64,000 bases of DNA. Source: Candidatus Dormiibacterota bacterium (GTDB lineage: Bacteria; Chloroflexota; Dormibacteria; Aeolococcales; Aeolococcaceae). Of the stretch, positions 1 to 9,855 are shown in pieces. A program made the position numbers and the translations under genes. The stretch's first letter is position 1, and every line of letters begins with the position of its first letter. The stretch is taken from the NCBI GenBank assembly GCA_036844485.1, contig DAIUFS010000001.1, positions 18,068-82,067 on the forward strand, read 5' to 3'. Below the pieces are notes generated by a model, which searched no databases, had not been told where the DNA came from, and was given only the letters and a program-made list of their open reading frames with translations.

Positions 1-780
1 GGTCAGCGCGGTCACCGCCTCGACGGCCGCGGTGACGAGGGCTCTGTCGACAACGGTGAACTCGAGCACGTCGCCACCGACACGATCCTTGAGCTGGTCG
101 GACGTGCCCTGCGCGATCACCTGCCCGCGTTCGATGACGATGATGTTGTCGGCCAGCTCATCGGCCTCGTCGAGGTACTGGGTGGTTAGAAGGATTGTCT
201 TGCCCTGGGCGGCGAGCTCGCGGATGATGTCCCACATCCCCAGCCGGCCATACGGGTCCAGCCCCGTTGTCGGCTCGTCGAGGAAGAGCACGGCTGGGTC
301 GCCCATCAGGCTGGCGGCCAGGTCGAGCCGGCGCTTCATGCCTCCGGAGTACGTCTTCGCCGGGCGGTCGGCCGCCGCGACGAGATCGAACCGCTCCAGC
401 AGTTCCACCGTGCGGGCTCGGACGGATCGGCGATCCAGGTGGTGGAGACGTCCCATGATCTCGAGGTTCTCGCGGCCGGTGAGCTCGATCTGGATGGCGG
501 TCGCCTGGCCGGCCAGAGCGATGGCGCGGCGCACCGCCGCGGCGTCCCGCACCACGTCATGACCCTCGATGAACGCCTGGCCGGAATCCGGAGGCAGCAG
601 GGTCGTCAGGATGCGCACCGCCGTCGTCTTGCCGGCGCCGTTGGGGCCGAGCACCCCAAGCACTGAGCCGCGTGGCACCACGAAGTCGATGCCGCGCAAG
701 GCATGCACCTTGCCGAACGACTTGTGCAGCCCCTCGACGCGGATCGCGTGGTCGCCGTCCCCGGTCACGGTGGTGCTCAT
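1..780 (-). CDS. ABC transporter ATP-binding protein (DrrA-like); C-terminus runs off the window edge
   Basis: Reverse-strand translation starts at 780 with MSTTVTGDGDHAIRVEGLHKSFGKVHALRGIDFVVPRGSVLGVLGPNGAGKTT (Walker A), then LSGGMKRRLDLA (ABC signature) and DEPTTGLD (Walker B). There is no stop before position 1. Confidence 0.85.
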   Translation of the reverse strand, partial: MSTTVTGDGDHAIRVEGLHKSFGKVHALRGIDFVVPRGSVLGVLGPNGAGKTTAVRILTTLLPPDSGQAFIEGHDVVRDAAAVRRAIALAGQATAIQIELTGRENLEIMGRLHHLDRRSVRARTVELLERFDLVAAADRPAKTYSGGMKRRLDLAASLMGDPAVLFLDEPTTGLDPYGRLGMWDIIRELAAQGKTILLTTQYLDEADELADNIIVIERGQVIAQGTSDQLKDRVGGDVLEFTVVDRALVTAAVEAVTALT

Positions 781-925
781 CGGTCGGCCATTCTGCCATC
801 CGGCGGTGGCGATGCCGTCCCTCGAAGCGACCAGGTCCATCAATTGCCTCCTCTCACGCTTGTTTCAACCTGCCTGGATATGGACGCGCCGGACGGCCAA
901 AACTCAGCGCTCGGGCGCGATCTCC

Positions 926-1663
926 TTACCGCTGGGCGTGGGTCCAGGTGGAGTTGGACCGACCCACCACCCCGCTCCTTGCCGCCACGACGGCTGTCAC
1001 GGCCAGTGCGATGGCCAGCGGATAGACGATGTGCACGTACAGGACCAGTGCCGCGCCGATGACGGCGCCCGCCAGCATCGCGACCAGCGCCGTGAGCCGC
1101 CGCCCCGCCCGTGATCCCTTGCCACCGGCGATCGTGCTGTCGGCGGCGATGCCGGTGATCGTCATGGTGAGCACGGTGGTGGTCAGGTCGGGCACCGCCA
1201 GCTTGCGGGCGGCCGCGTTCTGGATCCCCATGGCCAGGCCGAGGACCACGATGAGGGAGTAGCGGTAGCCGGCGGAGATGTCGGCTCCGCTCAGCGCGGC
1301 GAGGATCACCGCGGCCGCGAACAGTGCGGCTTGCACGGTGGCCGCCGCGCTGAGCAGCCGGCCCCGGTGCTGCGCGAGCCGCGACCCGACCCGTCCCCCG
1401 ATCAGGGCGCCGAGCGCGAACGACGCCCCGGCCACCACCGATGCGGCGATCGAGAATCCCGGCGCGCCGACCAGGGCGAAGCCCAGGAGCACCACGTTGC
1501 CCGTCATGTTGGCGACGAACACGTGCCCGAGAAGCAGGTAGCTGAACGCGTCGACGAGGCCGGTGACCAGCGTCATCGCCACCAGCAGTGGCGGCAGCGG
1601 GCCGTGCCTGCTGTCGCGACCGGGAACGAGTGTGTCGCGGATCTCCGTGAAGAAGGAGCTCAC
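926..1663 (-). CDS. YoaK/DUF1275 family integral membrane protein
   Basis: 245-aa ORF with multiple hydrophobic helices and Gly/Ala-rich TM segments typical of DUF1275. Confidence 0.65.
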   Translation of the reverse strand: MSSFFTEIRDTLVPGRDSRHGPLPPLLVAMTLVTGLVDAFSYLLLGHVFVANMTGNVVLLGFALVGAPGFSIAASVVAGASFALGALIGGRVGSRLAQHRGRLLSAAATVQAALFAAAVILAALSGADISAGYRYSLIVVLGLAMGIQNAAARKLAVPDLTTTVLTMTITGIAADSTIAGGKGSRAGRRLTALVAMLAGAVIGAALVLYVHIVYPLAIALAVTAVVAARSGVVGRSNSTWTHAQR

Positions 1664-1739
1664 CTCACACCACCCGGGTTGACGAGCACAATCCCGTCAC
1701 CCTCTACTGCACAAACCATGAAAGGGATCTGACCACCAG

Positions 1740-4007
1740 ATGAGCAGCCAGGCAACCGCTCTGGCGGCGAGGGAGCTCGCGCCCTCGTCACGGCGCGCGC
1801 CCGAGGGACGCGCGGATCCACGCCTCGTCGCCCTCCATCGTGCGGCGCGGGCAGCGATCGTCAATCCCGCGATCTTCGCTGTCAGCCTGCTGGTCATCCA
1901 CAACCTGCAGGTGGCCACCTTCGCCGTGTTCGGCTGCTTCGCACTCCTGGTCATGGCCGACTTCGGCGGCCACCGCCCGGCCCGAGCCGTCGCCTACGTG
2001 GCGGCGACGATCGCCGGTGCCGCCCTGGTCGCGCTCGGCACCGCGGTGTCGCCGAACGCCGGCGTCGGCGCGGCGGTCATGCTGGTGGTGGGTTTCACGC
2101 TGGCTTTCGCCGGCGTTTTCGGCGGCTACCTCGCCGCCGCGCAGACCGCTCTCCTCCTCGCCTTCGTGCTCTCCGTGTCCATACCGGCCCCGATGACGGC
2201 GATCCCGACTCGGGTGGGCGGGTGGCTGTTCGCCGGCGCCGTCTCAACCCTCGCCGGCGTGTTCTTCTGGCCATGGTTCGAACGGGTGAACCTGCGCAAG
2301 CGAGCTGCCGAAGCGTGCCTCGCTGTGGCGGACCTGGTCCAGGCTCTGCGCCGGAGCCCGGCGGACGATCAGCTGGGACCGCTTCGCGAGGCGGCGCGCG
2401 CCGCGGTGCAGGCCATGCGGGGCGAATACTCACGCACCGCCATGCGGCCGGCCGGACCGACCCGCCGCGACCGCGCCCTCGTGGAGCTGATGACCGAGCT
2501 CGAGCAGATCGTCGGTCTCGCCGAACATCCCTTCCACCAACAGGAGCAAGCGGTGCGTCCGTGCATCGTCGAGGGCAACCGGCTCGCCGCGACGGTGACC
2601 GCAGCTCTCTCCGCGAGCGCAGCAGTTCTCACCGGCGGCCCAGCACCCGACATCGGGGCCATTGACGAGGCGCGGCGCGCCCACCGCGCGGCGCTCGACC
2701 GCTGGACCGCCGAGGAGTTGCGCGCCGGACGGGCGCCGGAGGAGGTTCTCCAGGGCATCGACGTCGACCACACCCTTCGCGTGATCGCGTACGTGACGAT
2801 CGCGCTGAGCGCCAACGCGGTGATCGTCGCGGGCGGCCGTCCCGACGACGGCGTTCCTCTGCCCCCCGGCATCCCCAGGCGTGCGGGCAGCCGCGGTATC
2901 GCGGTTCGCGTCGCGCGAACGCTGCGCACCCACCTCGAGCCGAGCTCGACAGTCCTCCACAACAGTCTCCGCGTCGCCATCGGCCTGGCCGTCTCCGTCG
3001 CGCTGGCACGCACGCTGGGCCTGGGTCATGCCTTCTGGGTCGTGCTCGGCACGCTCTCGGTGCTGCGCTCGAACGCACTGGGGACGGGTCGGACAACGGT
3101 GCAGGCGCTGGCCGGAAGCGTCATCGGGTTTGTCGCCGGCGGACTCTTCGCCGTGGCCGCAGGCAACCATTCCGTCGTCATGTGGATCGCGATGCCGATC
3201 GCCATCTTCCTGGCGTCGTACGCAGCCAGCGCCGTCGGGTTCGTGGCCGGCCAGGCGGCCTTCACCCTGACCGTGATCATCATCTTCAACCTGATCTCGC
3301 CGGCCGGATGGCAGGTGGGCCTGGTGCGGATCGAGGATGTCGCGGTCGGCACCGGGATCAGCGTCGTGGTGGGGGTCATGCTCTGGCCGCGAGGGGCGCG
3401 GCGGGATCTCGCCCGTGCGGCCGCGGGTTCCTACCGCGCCGTCGCGGGATATGTCGAGCGCGCATTCGGCATGGTGCTCGGCGTCACCGGTGCCGGTGAC
3501 ATCGCGCACGCACGGGCCGAGGCAGTGCGAGCGCGCGACCGCGCCGGCGAGGCCTTCGATGTGTTTCTCAACGAACGCGGCACCAAGCCGCTCGAACCGC
3601 AGACGGCGGGTCGGTTGGTGTCGGCGGGCAACCATGGGCTGCTGGCCGGCGACCTGCTCGTGATGGTCGCCGCGGACCTCGGCTACCGGGCCAACGCGTG
3701 CCCCGACGGTGCGGCGGTCGTTGAGGGACAGCTGCAGATCCTGCTGGGCGGCCTCAGGTATCTCGCCGATGAGCTCGCCGGCAGGGCACCGCACGGTAAG
3801 CACCCCGAACCGCCGTCGGTGGAGGCGCTGCGTGACGCCGCGATCGGGTGCATGCGGCGCTCCGGGAGCGACGAGCAGGCGGCGCGAGGCGCGATGGCGG
3901 TGGTGATCGCAGGGGAGTGGGTGCAGAACCTGACGCAGCTGGAGACCGATCTCGAGCAGACGGTGGACGCGGCAGTGACCGCGGCAAGGGTCCCGTGGTG
4001 GCGATGA
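1740..4007 (+). CDS. FUSC-family (fusaric acid resistance / aromatic acid exporter-like) membrane protein
   Basis: 755 aa with two blocks of hydrophobic helices separated by a long soluble region. This architecture is typical of the FUSC/ArAE family. Confidence 0.6.
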   Translation: MSSQATALAARELAPSSRRAPEGRADPRLVALHRAARAAIVNPAIFAVSLLVIHNLQVATFAVFGCFALLVMADFGGHRPARAVAYVAATIAGAALVALGTAVSPNAGVGAAVMLVVGFTLAFAGVFGGYLAAAQTALLLAFVLSVSIPAPMTAIPTRVGGWLFAGAVSTLAGVFFWPWFERVNLRKRAAEACLAVADLVQALRRSPADDQLGPLREAARAAVQAMRGEYSRTAMRPAGPTRRDRALVELMTELEQIVGLAEHPFHQQEQAVRPCIVEGNRLAATVTAALSASAAVLTGGPAPDIGAIDEARRAHRAALDRWTAEELRAGRAPEEVLQGIDVDHTLRVIAYVTIALSANAVIVAGGRPDDGVPLPPGIPRRAGSRGIAVRVARTLRTHLEPSSTVLHNSLRVAIGLAVSVALARTLGLGHAFWVVLGTLSVLRSNALGTGRTTVQALAGSVIGFVAGGLFAVAAGNHSVVMWIAMPIAIFLASYAASAVGFVAGQAAFTLTVIIIFNLISPAGWQVGLVRIEDVAVGTGISVVVGVMLWPRGARRDLARAAAGSYRAVAGYVERAFGMVLGVTGAGDIAHARAEAVRARDRAGEAFDVFLNERGTKPLEPQTAGRLVSAGNHGLLAGDLLVMVAADLGYRANACPDGAAVVEGQLQILLGGLRYLADELAGRAPHGKHPEPPSVEALRDAAIGCMRRSGSDEQAARGAMAVVIAGEWVQNLTQLETDLEQTVDAAVTAARVPWWR

Positions 4008-4070
4008 CGGCCATGGTGAATTCCTGCTAACTGCAATGCGCGCCGTGGGAGCGCCTGCCATTCTGGATTC

Positions 4071-4457
4071 ATGCCACCGAGTTGCCTCATCATCGACGAC
4101 AACGCGTCGTTTCTTGACGCGTCGCGAGCCCTGTTGCAAGGACAGGGAATGAGCGTCATCGGCATGGCCACGACGGCCTCAGAGGGGCTGCAGCTCACCG
4201 CTGACCTGAGGCCCGACGTCGTGCTCATCGACATCGACCTCGGTGCCGAGAGCGGGTTCGAGCTGGCCCGCAAGATCGCTGACGGGACCGCCACCAGCGC
4301 ACCTGCCGTGATCCTCATCTCGACGCATCTGGAGGTCGACTTCGCCGACCTCATCGCCGAGAGCCCGGCGCTCGGCTTCGTGGCCAAGCAGCAGCTCTCC
4401 AAGCGGGCCATCGAAGAGCTCCTGGACCGCTCCCCTAACGCGACTCGAGGAACGTGA
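4071..4457 (+). CDS. Single-domain response regulator (receiver only)
   Basis: 128 aa, LIIDDN...VVLIDIDLG receiver motifs and no output domain. Confidence 0.7.
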   Translation: MPPSCLIIDDNASFLDASRALLQGQGMSVIGMATTASEGLQLTADLRPDVVLIDIDLGAESGFELARKIADGTATSAPAVILISTHLEVDFADLIAESPALGFVAKQQLSKRAIEELLDRSPNATRGT

Positions 4458-5139
4458 CCACCGCCAACACACGGCGATGATCGTCCTCCGTCCCGGATAT
4501 GGGCAGCTTGTCGAGGATGCTGCGCACGTGCTTCTCCACGGTCCCCTCGGTGACAAAAAGCCGTCTGGCGATTCCGGCATTGGATCGCCCCTCGGCCATC
4601 TGGGCGAGAACCTCGCGCTCACGGCCGGTCAGCTCGCCCAGGGGGTCGTTCCTGCGGCGGGCCCCGACCAGCTCCTGCACGACAGCCGGGTCCACCACGG
4701 ACCCTCCTTTGATGATGCGATCGAGAGTCTCCAGAAAGTCGTCGACGTCGGTGACCCGATGCTTGAGGAGATAGCCTGTCCGTCGGCCACTGGCCAGCAG
4801 CTCCATGGCGTGCTCCACCTCGACGTGCGCGGAGAGCACCAGGATGGCGATGTCGGGAAGCTCCTCGCGTACCACCCGCGCGGCCTCCAGCCCCTCGGTC
4901 GCATTGGCGGGTGGCATCCGGATGTCCACGATGGCGAGGTCCGGGTGCTTCTCGCGGACGAGCTGGATCAGCTGAGCGCCGTCTCCCGCCTGGCCCACCA
5001 CCTCGTAGCCCGAACGCTCGAGCAGGCTGGCGAGGCCCTCTCGCAAGAGGACGTCATCCTCCGCCAGCACCACGCGACGGCGTTCTGAGTCGCCCTCGTT
5101 CCGGCCGCCGCGGTCTGCGGTGTCAACGGTTGGGGCCAT
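4435..5139 (-). CDS. NarL/LuxR-family two-component response regulator
   Basis: Receiver (VVLAEDDVLLREGL...LAIVDIRMP) plus a C-terminal LuxR HTH (LTGREREVLAQMAEGRSNAGIARRLFVTEGTVEKHV). The start is taken at MAPTVDT; the longer ORF prefix looks spurious. Confidence 0.85.
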   Translation of the reverse strand: MAPTVDTADRGGRNEGDSERRRVVLAEDDVLLREGLASLLERSGYEVVGQAGDGAQLIQLVREKHPDLAIVDIRMPPANATEGLEAARVVREELPDIAILVLSAHVEVEHAMELLASGRRTGYLLKHRVTDVDDFLETLDRIIKGGSVVDPAVVQELVGARRRNDPLGELTGREREVLAQMAEGRSNAGIARRLFVTEGTVEKHVRSILDKLPISGTEDDHRRVLAVVTFLESR

Positions 5140-5249
5140 GGTTCGCGAAGTATGGGCTGGTGGGACGGCTGAGAAGGCCGGCGGAGCCTTCCAGCCAGCG
5201 GGGGGCAGCAAGTGGGGCAGCCGGGGGGCGCGAATGGCTGCTGGCCACG

Positions 5250-5699
5250 ATGACGTCAGAGGCCTGGGGCGACATCATGGTGGCAGCCCCCGGCACGCTG
5301 ATGACGCTGATGAGGAGAAATACGATGAGGCCACCCGCAGCTGGGTCCGTTGGACCGATGGGACTGGCCAACCGGGAGATTCGAATCGCGCGCGATCAAT
5401 TCGTTGCGGGCCGGCTGACGCAGTGGCGCGTCGCCTCGCTCATCAGGCGCAGCGATCGCCTTCTCACGGAGTTCGAGAAGTTGAACGTGGCGCGCGTCAG
5501 GGTGGTGCCCGCGCGACTCGTGCTCGAACTCCGAGGACTGATTGGGGACGCGCCCATGCTCCGGCGACTCGTCGTCGCGGAGCGGCTCTCACCGCGGATG
5601 GCGGTCGATCACATCTTCGACCTGCAGGAGGCTCTCCTGGCGAGCAGGAGCGGGGTGACGCACCAGGAGGACAGCGAGGAGTGGGAGCGGGCGAGTTGA
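5250..5699 (+). CDS. Hypothetical protein (weak call)
   Basis: Open frame immediately upstream of the aldo/keto reductase with no recognisable domain. It is the C-terminal part of ORF 4911..5699; the start is uncertain. Confidence 0.25.
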   Translation: MTSEAWGDIMVAAPGTLMTLMRRNTMRPPAAGSVGPMGLANREIRIARDQFVAGRLTQWRVASLIRRSDRLLTEFEKLNVARVRVVPARLVLELRGLIGDAPMLRRLVVAERLSPRMAVDHIFDLQEALLASRSGVTHQEDSEEWERAS

Positions 5700-5736
5700 T
5701 GATCCGGACAGTGCAGACGCAAGCAGGAGGTGAGCC

Positions 5737-6735
5737 ATGACCGCTCAGAACGCCACGACAGAGATGACGCAGGTTGCGCTGGGACGCAGCGCATTGAGCG
5801 TCTCACGCATTGCCTTCGGGACCTGGCAGTTGGGCGGTGACTGGGGCGCGACGGACGAGGAGGCGGCGATCTCCGCCATCCGCCATGCGCGCGAGCAGGG
5901 CATCAACTTCTTCGACACCGCTCAGGGCTACGGCTTCGGCGCGTCCGAGCGACTGCTGGCCAGGGCTCTCGAGGGATACCGTCGCGACGACGTGGTGATC
6001 GCCACCAAGGGCGGCCTGCGCCCCCTCGGCGGTTCGCAGGTCGAGCGCGACGCCAGCCCCGAATGGATGCGCGCAGGTGTCGACGACAGCCTGCGAGCGC
6101 TGGGTACCGACTACATCGACCTGCTCCAGGTGCACTGGCCGGACCCCAAGACGCCGCTGGCCGAGACGGCCGGCGCGCTGGCGGAGCTGGTCGAGGCCGG
6201 CAAGATCCGCCACGTCGGCGTCTCCAACTTCAGCACGGAGCAGATGGACGAGTTCAGCAGGACGCTGGCGGTGGAGACGCTGCAGCCCCCGTACCACATC
6301 TTCCATCGGGACATCGAGACGGACATCCTGCCGTACGCCACGGCCCACGACATCGGCGTGCTCGTGTACGGGCCGCTCGCACACGGGCTGCTCAGCGGTC
6401 ATCTCCACACCGATACGCGGTTCTCGCCGGGCGACTGGCGTTCCCACAGCCGCGACTTCCAGGGTCGCGCGTTTGCGCGCAACCTCCGTGTGGTGGCCGC
6501 TCTCGAGCAGCTCGCCAACCAGGAGCTCGGGGTTCCCGTCAGCCGCCTCGCCGTCGCCTGGACGCTGGCCAATCCCGCGGTGGACGTGGCCATCATCGGC
6601 ACACGCAATCCGGAGCACGTCGACGACGCCATCGCCGCCGCGGACCTCGAGCTCACTGACGACGTGTTGCATCGCATCGACGAGATCGCCTGGGATTCGG
6701 CGCATGTCGCCGGCCCGCGGCCCGAGGGCATGTGA
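5737..6735 (+). CDS. Aldo/keto reductase family oxidoreductase
   Basis: IAFGTWQLGGDWG...GINFFDTAQGYGFGASERLLARAL, the canonical AKR N-terminal motifs. Confidence 0.85.
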   Translation: MTAQNATTEMTQVALGRSALSVSRIAFGTWQLGGDWGATDEEAAISAIRHAREQGINFFDTAQGYGFGASERLLARALEGYRRDDVVIATKGGLRPLGGSQVERDASPEWMRAGVDDSLRALGTDYIDLLQVHWPDPKTPLAETAGALAELVEAGKIRHVGVSNFSTEQMDEFSRTLAVETLQPPYHIFHRDIETDILPYATAHDIGVLVYGPLAHGLLSGHLHTDTRFSPGDWRSHSRDFQGRAFARNLRVVAALEQLANQELGVPVSRLAVAWTLANPAVDVAIIGTRNPEHVDDAIAAADLELTDDVLHRIDEIAWDSAHVAGPRPEGM

Positions 6736-7586
6736 TGACAGTGGTGGCGATCCTCGGCACCGGCAAGATGGGCGGTGCCATGGCTCGGCGGTTGGCGGCG
6801 TCCGGGTTCGATCTCACGCTGTGGAATCGGACCCCTGACAAGGCGGAGCATTTGCACGTTGGACGCGTCGCCGCCACCCCGGCGGAGGCGGCTCGCGATG
6901 CCGACGTCGTGATCACCAGCCTGACCAACGACGCAGCCGTTCGCTCCGTGTATCTGGGCGAGGCCGGCGTGCTGTCGAGCGCCGCCGGCAAGCTGCTCAT
7001 CGACACCAGCACTGCGGGGCCGCAGGTGGCCGACGAGCTCGGCCGCGAGGCGCGGGCCAGGGGTGCGCGTCTTCTCGAGGCGCCCGTGGTCGGCAGCGTG
7101 CCCGCGGTGGAGAGCGGAAAGCTGCTCATCCTGGCCGGCGGAAGTCGAGCCGACCTCGAGCAGGCCCGCCCCGTGCTCGAACACCTCGGAGAGGTCCTCC
7201 ATGTCGGCGAGCTGGGCAGCGCGCAGCGGCTCAAGCTCATCGCCAACAGCATGCTGGGCATCACCAGCGCCGCCGCCGCCGAGCTGCTCGATGCTGGAAC
7301 GGCCGCGGGACTCGATCGTGGGCAGGTGTTCTCAATCCTGGCTCGCTTCGCACCCGGTCTCAAGGTTCGCGAGCGCGGCTTCCTCCACGACCAGCACGCG
7401 CCACCCATGTTCGCTGTCCGTGACCTCGTCAAGGACCTCGACCTCGCTCTCCAGGTGTTCGGCGAGGAGGATGTCGCCACGCCGCTCACCCGCCAGGCTC
7501 GCGAGCGGTACGCCAACACCATGCGCGAGTCGGCGGACCTCGACATCTCCGCGGTCGCCAGGCCGCTGCCCGTGGCGAGCAATTAG
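6732..7586 (+). CDS. NAD(P)-dependent oxidoreductase, 3-hydroxyisobutyrate dehydrogenase-like (6PGDH NAD-binding family)
   Basis: VAILGTGKMGGAMARRL Rossmann motif. It overlaps the upstream AKR by 4 bp, so the two are probably operonic. Confidence 0.8.
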   Translation: MMTVVAILGTGKMGGAMARRLAASGFDLTLWNRTPDKAEHLHVGRVAATPAEAARDADVVITSLTNDAAVRSVYLGEAGVLSSAAGKLLIDTSTAGPQVADELGREARARGARLLEAPVVGSVPAVESGKLLILAGGSRADLEQARPVLEHLGEVLHVGELGSAQRLKLIANSMLGITSAAAAELLDAGTAAGLDRGQVFSILARFAPGLKVRERGFLHDQHAPPMFAVRDLVKDLDLALQVFGEEDVATPLTRQARERYANTMRESADLDISAVARPLPVASN

Positions 7587-8629
7587 CCGAGCCGCATCGG
7601 TACCGCCACTGTCATCGATGTCCCGGCGCCCGGCGCACTGGTTATGGTCAGCGTCCCACCCAGCGCCGCAACGCGATCGCTGAGGCCAATCAGCCCAGAC
7701 CCGTGCGACGGGTTCGCCCCTCCAACGCCGTCGTCGCTGACCTCGAGGCGGAGGACGCCGGCTCGCGCCTCGAGCTTCACGTGCGCCGCCGACGCATGCG
7801 CGTGCTTGGCGGCGTTGGTCAGCGCCTCGCTGACAACGTAGTACACCGCCGCCTCGACCGGTTGCCGCAGGCGCTCGACCTTGCCGACATCCAATTCAAC
7901 AGGCAGGGCGGCGCGCCGGACCAGCGCCCTGATTGCCGGGACGATGCCGCCCTCGGAGAGGACGGCTGGATGGACACCGCGCGAGATCTCGCGCAGCTCC
8001 TCGAGAACTTCTGTCAGCCCCTCATTGACCTGCGCAACGGCCTGCAGCGCTCCCCGCTGCTCCGCCGGCAGCGCATCGGCCATCGCCTGCAGCTGGAGCG
8101 CGAGAGTCACCAGCCGCTGCTGGATTCCGTCGTGGAGGTCTCGCTCGATGCGCCGTCGCGTCTCATCAGCGGCGGTGACGATTCGTGCGCGCGACGCCAT
8201 CAGCTCCGCCCGGGCAGCACGCTCGTCGTCGAGCAGGTGGAGCATGCGCATGGTCAGCGAGGTGACCCGTCCCATGCTGCGCAGCAGGCTGGCCTCCTCA
8301 CGGCTGAGGCCCGCGGCGCCCGACCGCGCCACCACGAACATGGCGCCCGGTGGATGTTCGATCGAGACCGCGGCCGCGCGACAGGCGCCCGCTCCGGGGA
8401 CGTGCAGCAACCCGGATTCGACTGCGGCGGCTATGTCCGCGGCTGGCGCGGCTCCCTCCGGATACCCGACTGACGCCACCAGCTCGTCACCACACACGAT
8501 GGCAGCCATCTGCGCGTCGAGCGTCTCCGCCGCCCGTTCGACGGCGGTGAGCGCTGCCGATGCCTCCGTGGCGGACGATGACACGGCTGCCAGAAACTCA
8601 GCAAGCTGCTGCGTCGACCAGGCGATCAT
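7583..8629 (-). CDS. Soluble sensor histidine kinase (GAF-like N-terminus, HisKA_3 dimerisation domain, HATPase_c)
   Basis: H-box ERDLHDGIQQRLVTLALQLQ (HisKA_3, NarL-type) and ATPase motifs EALTNAAKHA...DDGVGG...GSGLIGLSDRV. No TM helices are visible. Confidence 0.8.
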   Translation of the reverse strand: MIAWSTQQLAEFLAAVSSSATEASAALTAVERAAETLDAQMAAIVCGDELVASVGYPEGAAPAADIAAAVESGLLHVPGAGACRAAAVSIEHPPGAMFVVARSGAAGLSREEASLLRSMGRVTSLTMRMLHLLDDERAARAELMASRARIVTAADETRRRIERDLHDGIQQRLVTLALQLQAMADALPAEQRGALQAVAQVNEGLTEVLEELREISRGVHPAVLSEGGIVPAIRALVRRAALPVELDVGKVERLRQPVEAAVYYVVSEALTNAAKHAHASAAHVKLEARAGVLRLEVSDDGVGGANPSHGSGLIGLSDRVAALGGTLTITSAPGAGTSMTVAVPMRLG

Positions 8630-8632
8630 CGG

Positions 8633-9793
8633 TCAGCCGATGGCGAGGACGACGAGTGTCTGGTTGTAAAATGCGCGCATCCCGCCGGTGCGCGCGATCT
8701 CGCCATATGTGTAGAAGCCCGCAACTGGGGCGCCGGGAGCGTGTGCGGTGAGGCGGTCGATCTCGGTCTTGATCCCCTCCTCGCCGAGCACACCTCGTCT
8801 GGCGATGCAGTCGAAGGCGAGCATGCCCAGCGGGGGACGACCGTCGAGCGCCGCGAGCGAGATGGCACAGGCCGCATCGGTGGCGTCGAGCACCGACTCG
8901 GAGTCACCCTCCATGATCCAGGCCAGCCCACCCTGCGGGACCTCGGCGATGCAGAGCAGGGATCGCTCCGCGAAGTCTCCTCCGCCGATGAATCGCACCT
9001 CCGCCTCACCATCGGGCCGGCTCAGACCGAGCGGGCGGGTCAGCGCAAGACGGGTGAGGTCGCGGTCATCCATGCTCGCCTCGGCCACACCAAGACGCTC
9101 GAGGTAGACGTCCAGCGCCGGCCGGTCATCGAGGCTGTAGACGCGGTTGCCTCCGCTGCGCGTCACCAGCATCGGTTCGCCGGTGGGCCGCCAGCCGTGG
9201 CGGACGCCAATGCCGAGCGGAGCGTCGGAGGCGATCCCGGCCGCGACGACGGAGTCGCTGAGGACCCGGTCGGAATAGAGTTGATGGGTCTCGATCATCC
9301 TGAGGTCGTCCCCCGCACTGCCGCCGACCAGCGGCACGCTGGCGCCGAGCACCCCGTACGCGCCGCGAACGATCTCCTGCTGGTCGCCGGCGAGGCCGTC
9401 GGTGAGGAGCAGGAGGGCGCGGTGGGGGTGTCCCTCGGACGTGGGGACGCAGCGTGCCACGGTGGCCCCGGCAGTGCGAAGGTCGCTCGATGCGCCGGTG
9501 GCGACCGCCGTGCCGATAACGAAGCCGTCGCCCCCCAGCGCGGCGACGACGAGGCTGCTCGTTTCCGGACCGCTGGATGCGATCTCTCCGGCCGTTGTGC
9601 AGCCGATGAGCGGCACACCGCCGGAGCAAGAGGTGATCTGCCCCACCACCGTCTCCAGGTCGTGCGACGGCGAGCAGAAGACGATGAGAAGCTTGGCGTC
9701 GTCATGAATGAGCGCCTCGTCGGCGGCGCGCGCACCCGCATCGGGTGTGGATCCGGCCACAGATCCGACGCTGAACCAGCGAGACGGCGGCAT
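8633..9793 (-). CDS. FIST-domain sensory protein
   Basis: FIST_N/FIST_C-like sequence (LLLTDGLAGDQQEIVRGAYGVLGASVPLVGGSAGDD). Start at MPPSRWFSV, and the stop lies 3 bp upstream of the kinase start. Confidence 0.65.
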   Translation of the reverse strand: MPPSRWFSVGSVAGSTPDAGARAADEALIHDDAKLLIVFCSPSHDLETVVGQITSCSGGVPLIGCTTAGEIASSGPETSSLVVAALGGDGFVIGTAVATGASSDLRTAGATVARCVPTSEGHPHRALLLLTDGLAGDQQEIVRGAYGVLGASVPLVGGSAGDDLRMIETHQLYSDRVLSDSVVAAGIASDAPLGIGVRHGWRPTGEPMLVTRSGGNRVYSLDDRPALDVYLERLGVAEASMDDRDLTRLALTRPLGLSRPDGEAEVRFIGGGDFAERSLLCIAEVPQGGLAWIMEGDSESVLDATDAACAISLAALDGRPPLGMLAFDCIARRGVLGEEGIKTEIDRLTAHAPGAPVAGFYTYGEIARTGGMRAFYNQTLVVLAIG

Positions 9794-9855
9794 GGGAGAG
9801 AGGCTACTCCCATCCCTCCTGCGGCAGGGTTTGCCAGCGCTGGCCCCAACCGGTA

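Noticed and set aside
2430-4139. 569-aa minus-strand ORF antisense to the FUSC-family gene. Similar long antisense or out-of-frame ORFs occur at 2369..3013, 6399..7582, 19898..21446 alternative frames, 21076..22569, 27523..28638, 30702..32906, 32228..34036, 38126..39505, 50295..52907, 52423..54972 and 61058..62827.
   Set aside because: They are Arg/Ala/Pro/Gly-rich low-complexity translations typical of non-coding frames in ~70% GC DNA. Each lies entirely within or opposite a gene that has clear family motifs. Stops are rare in such frames by composition alone.
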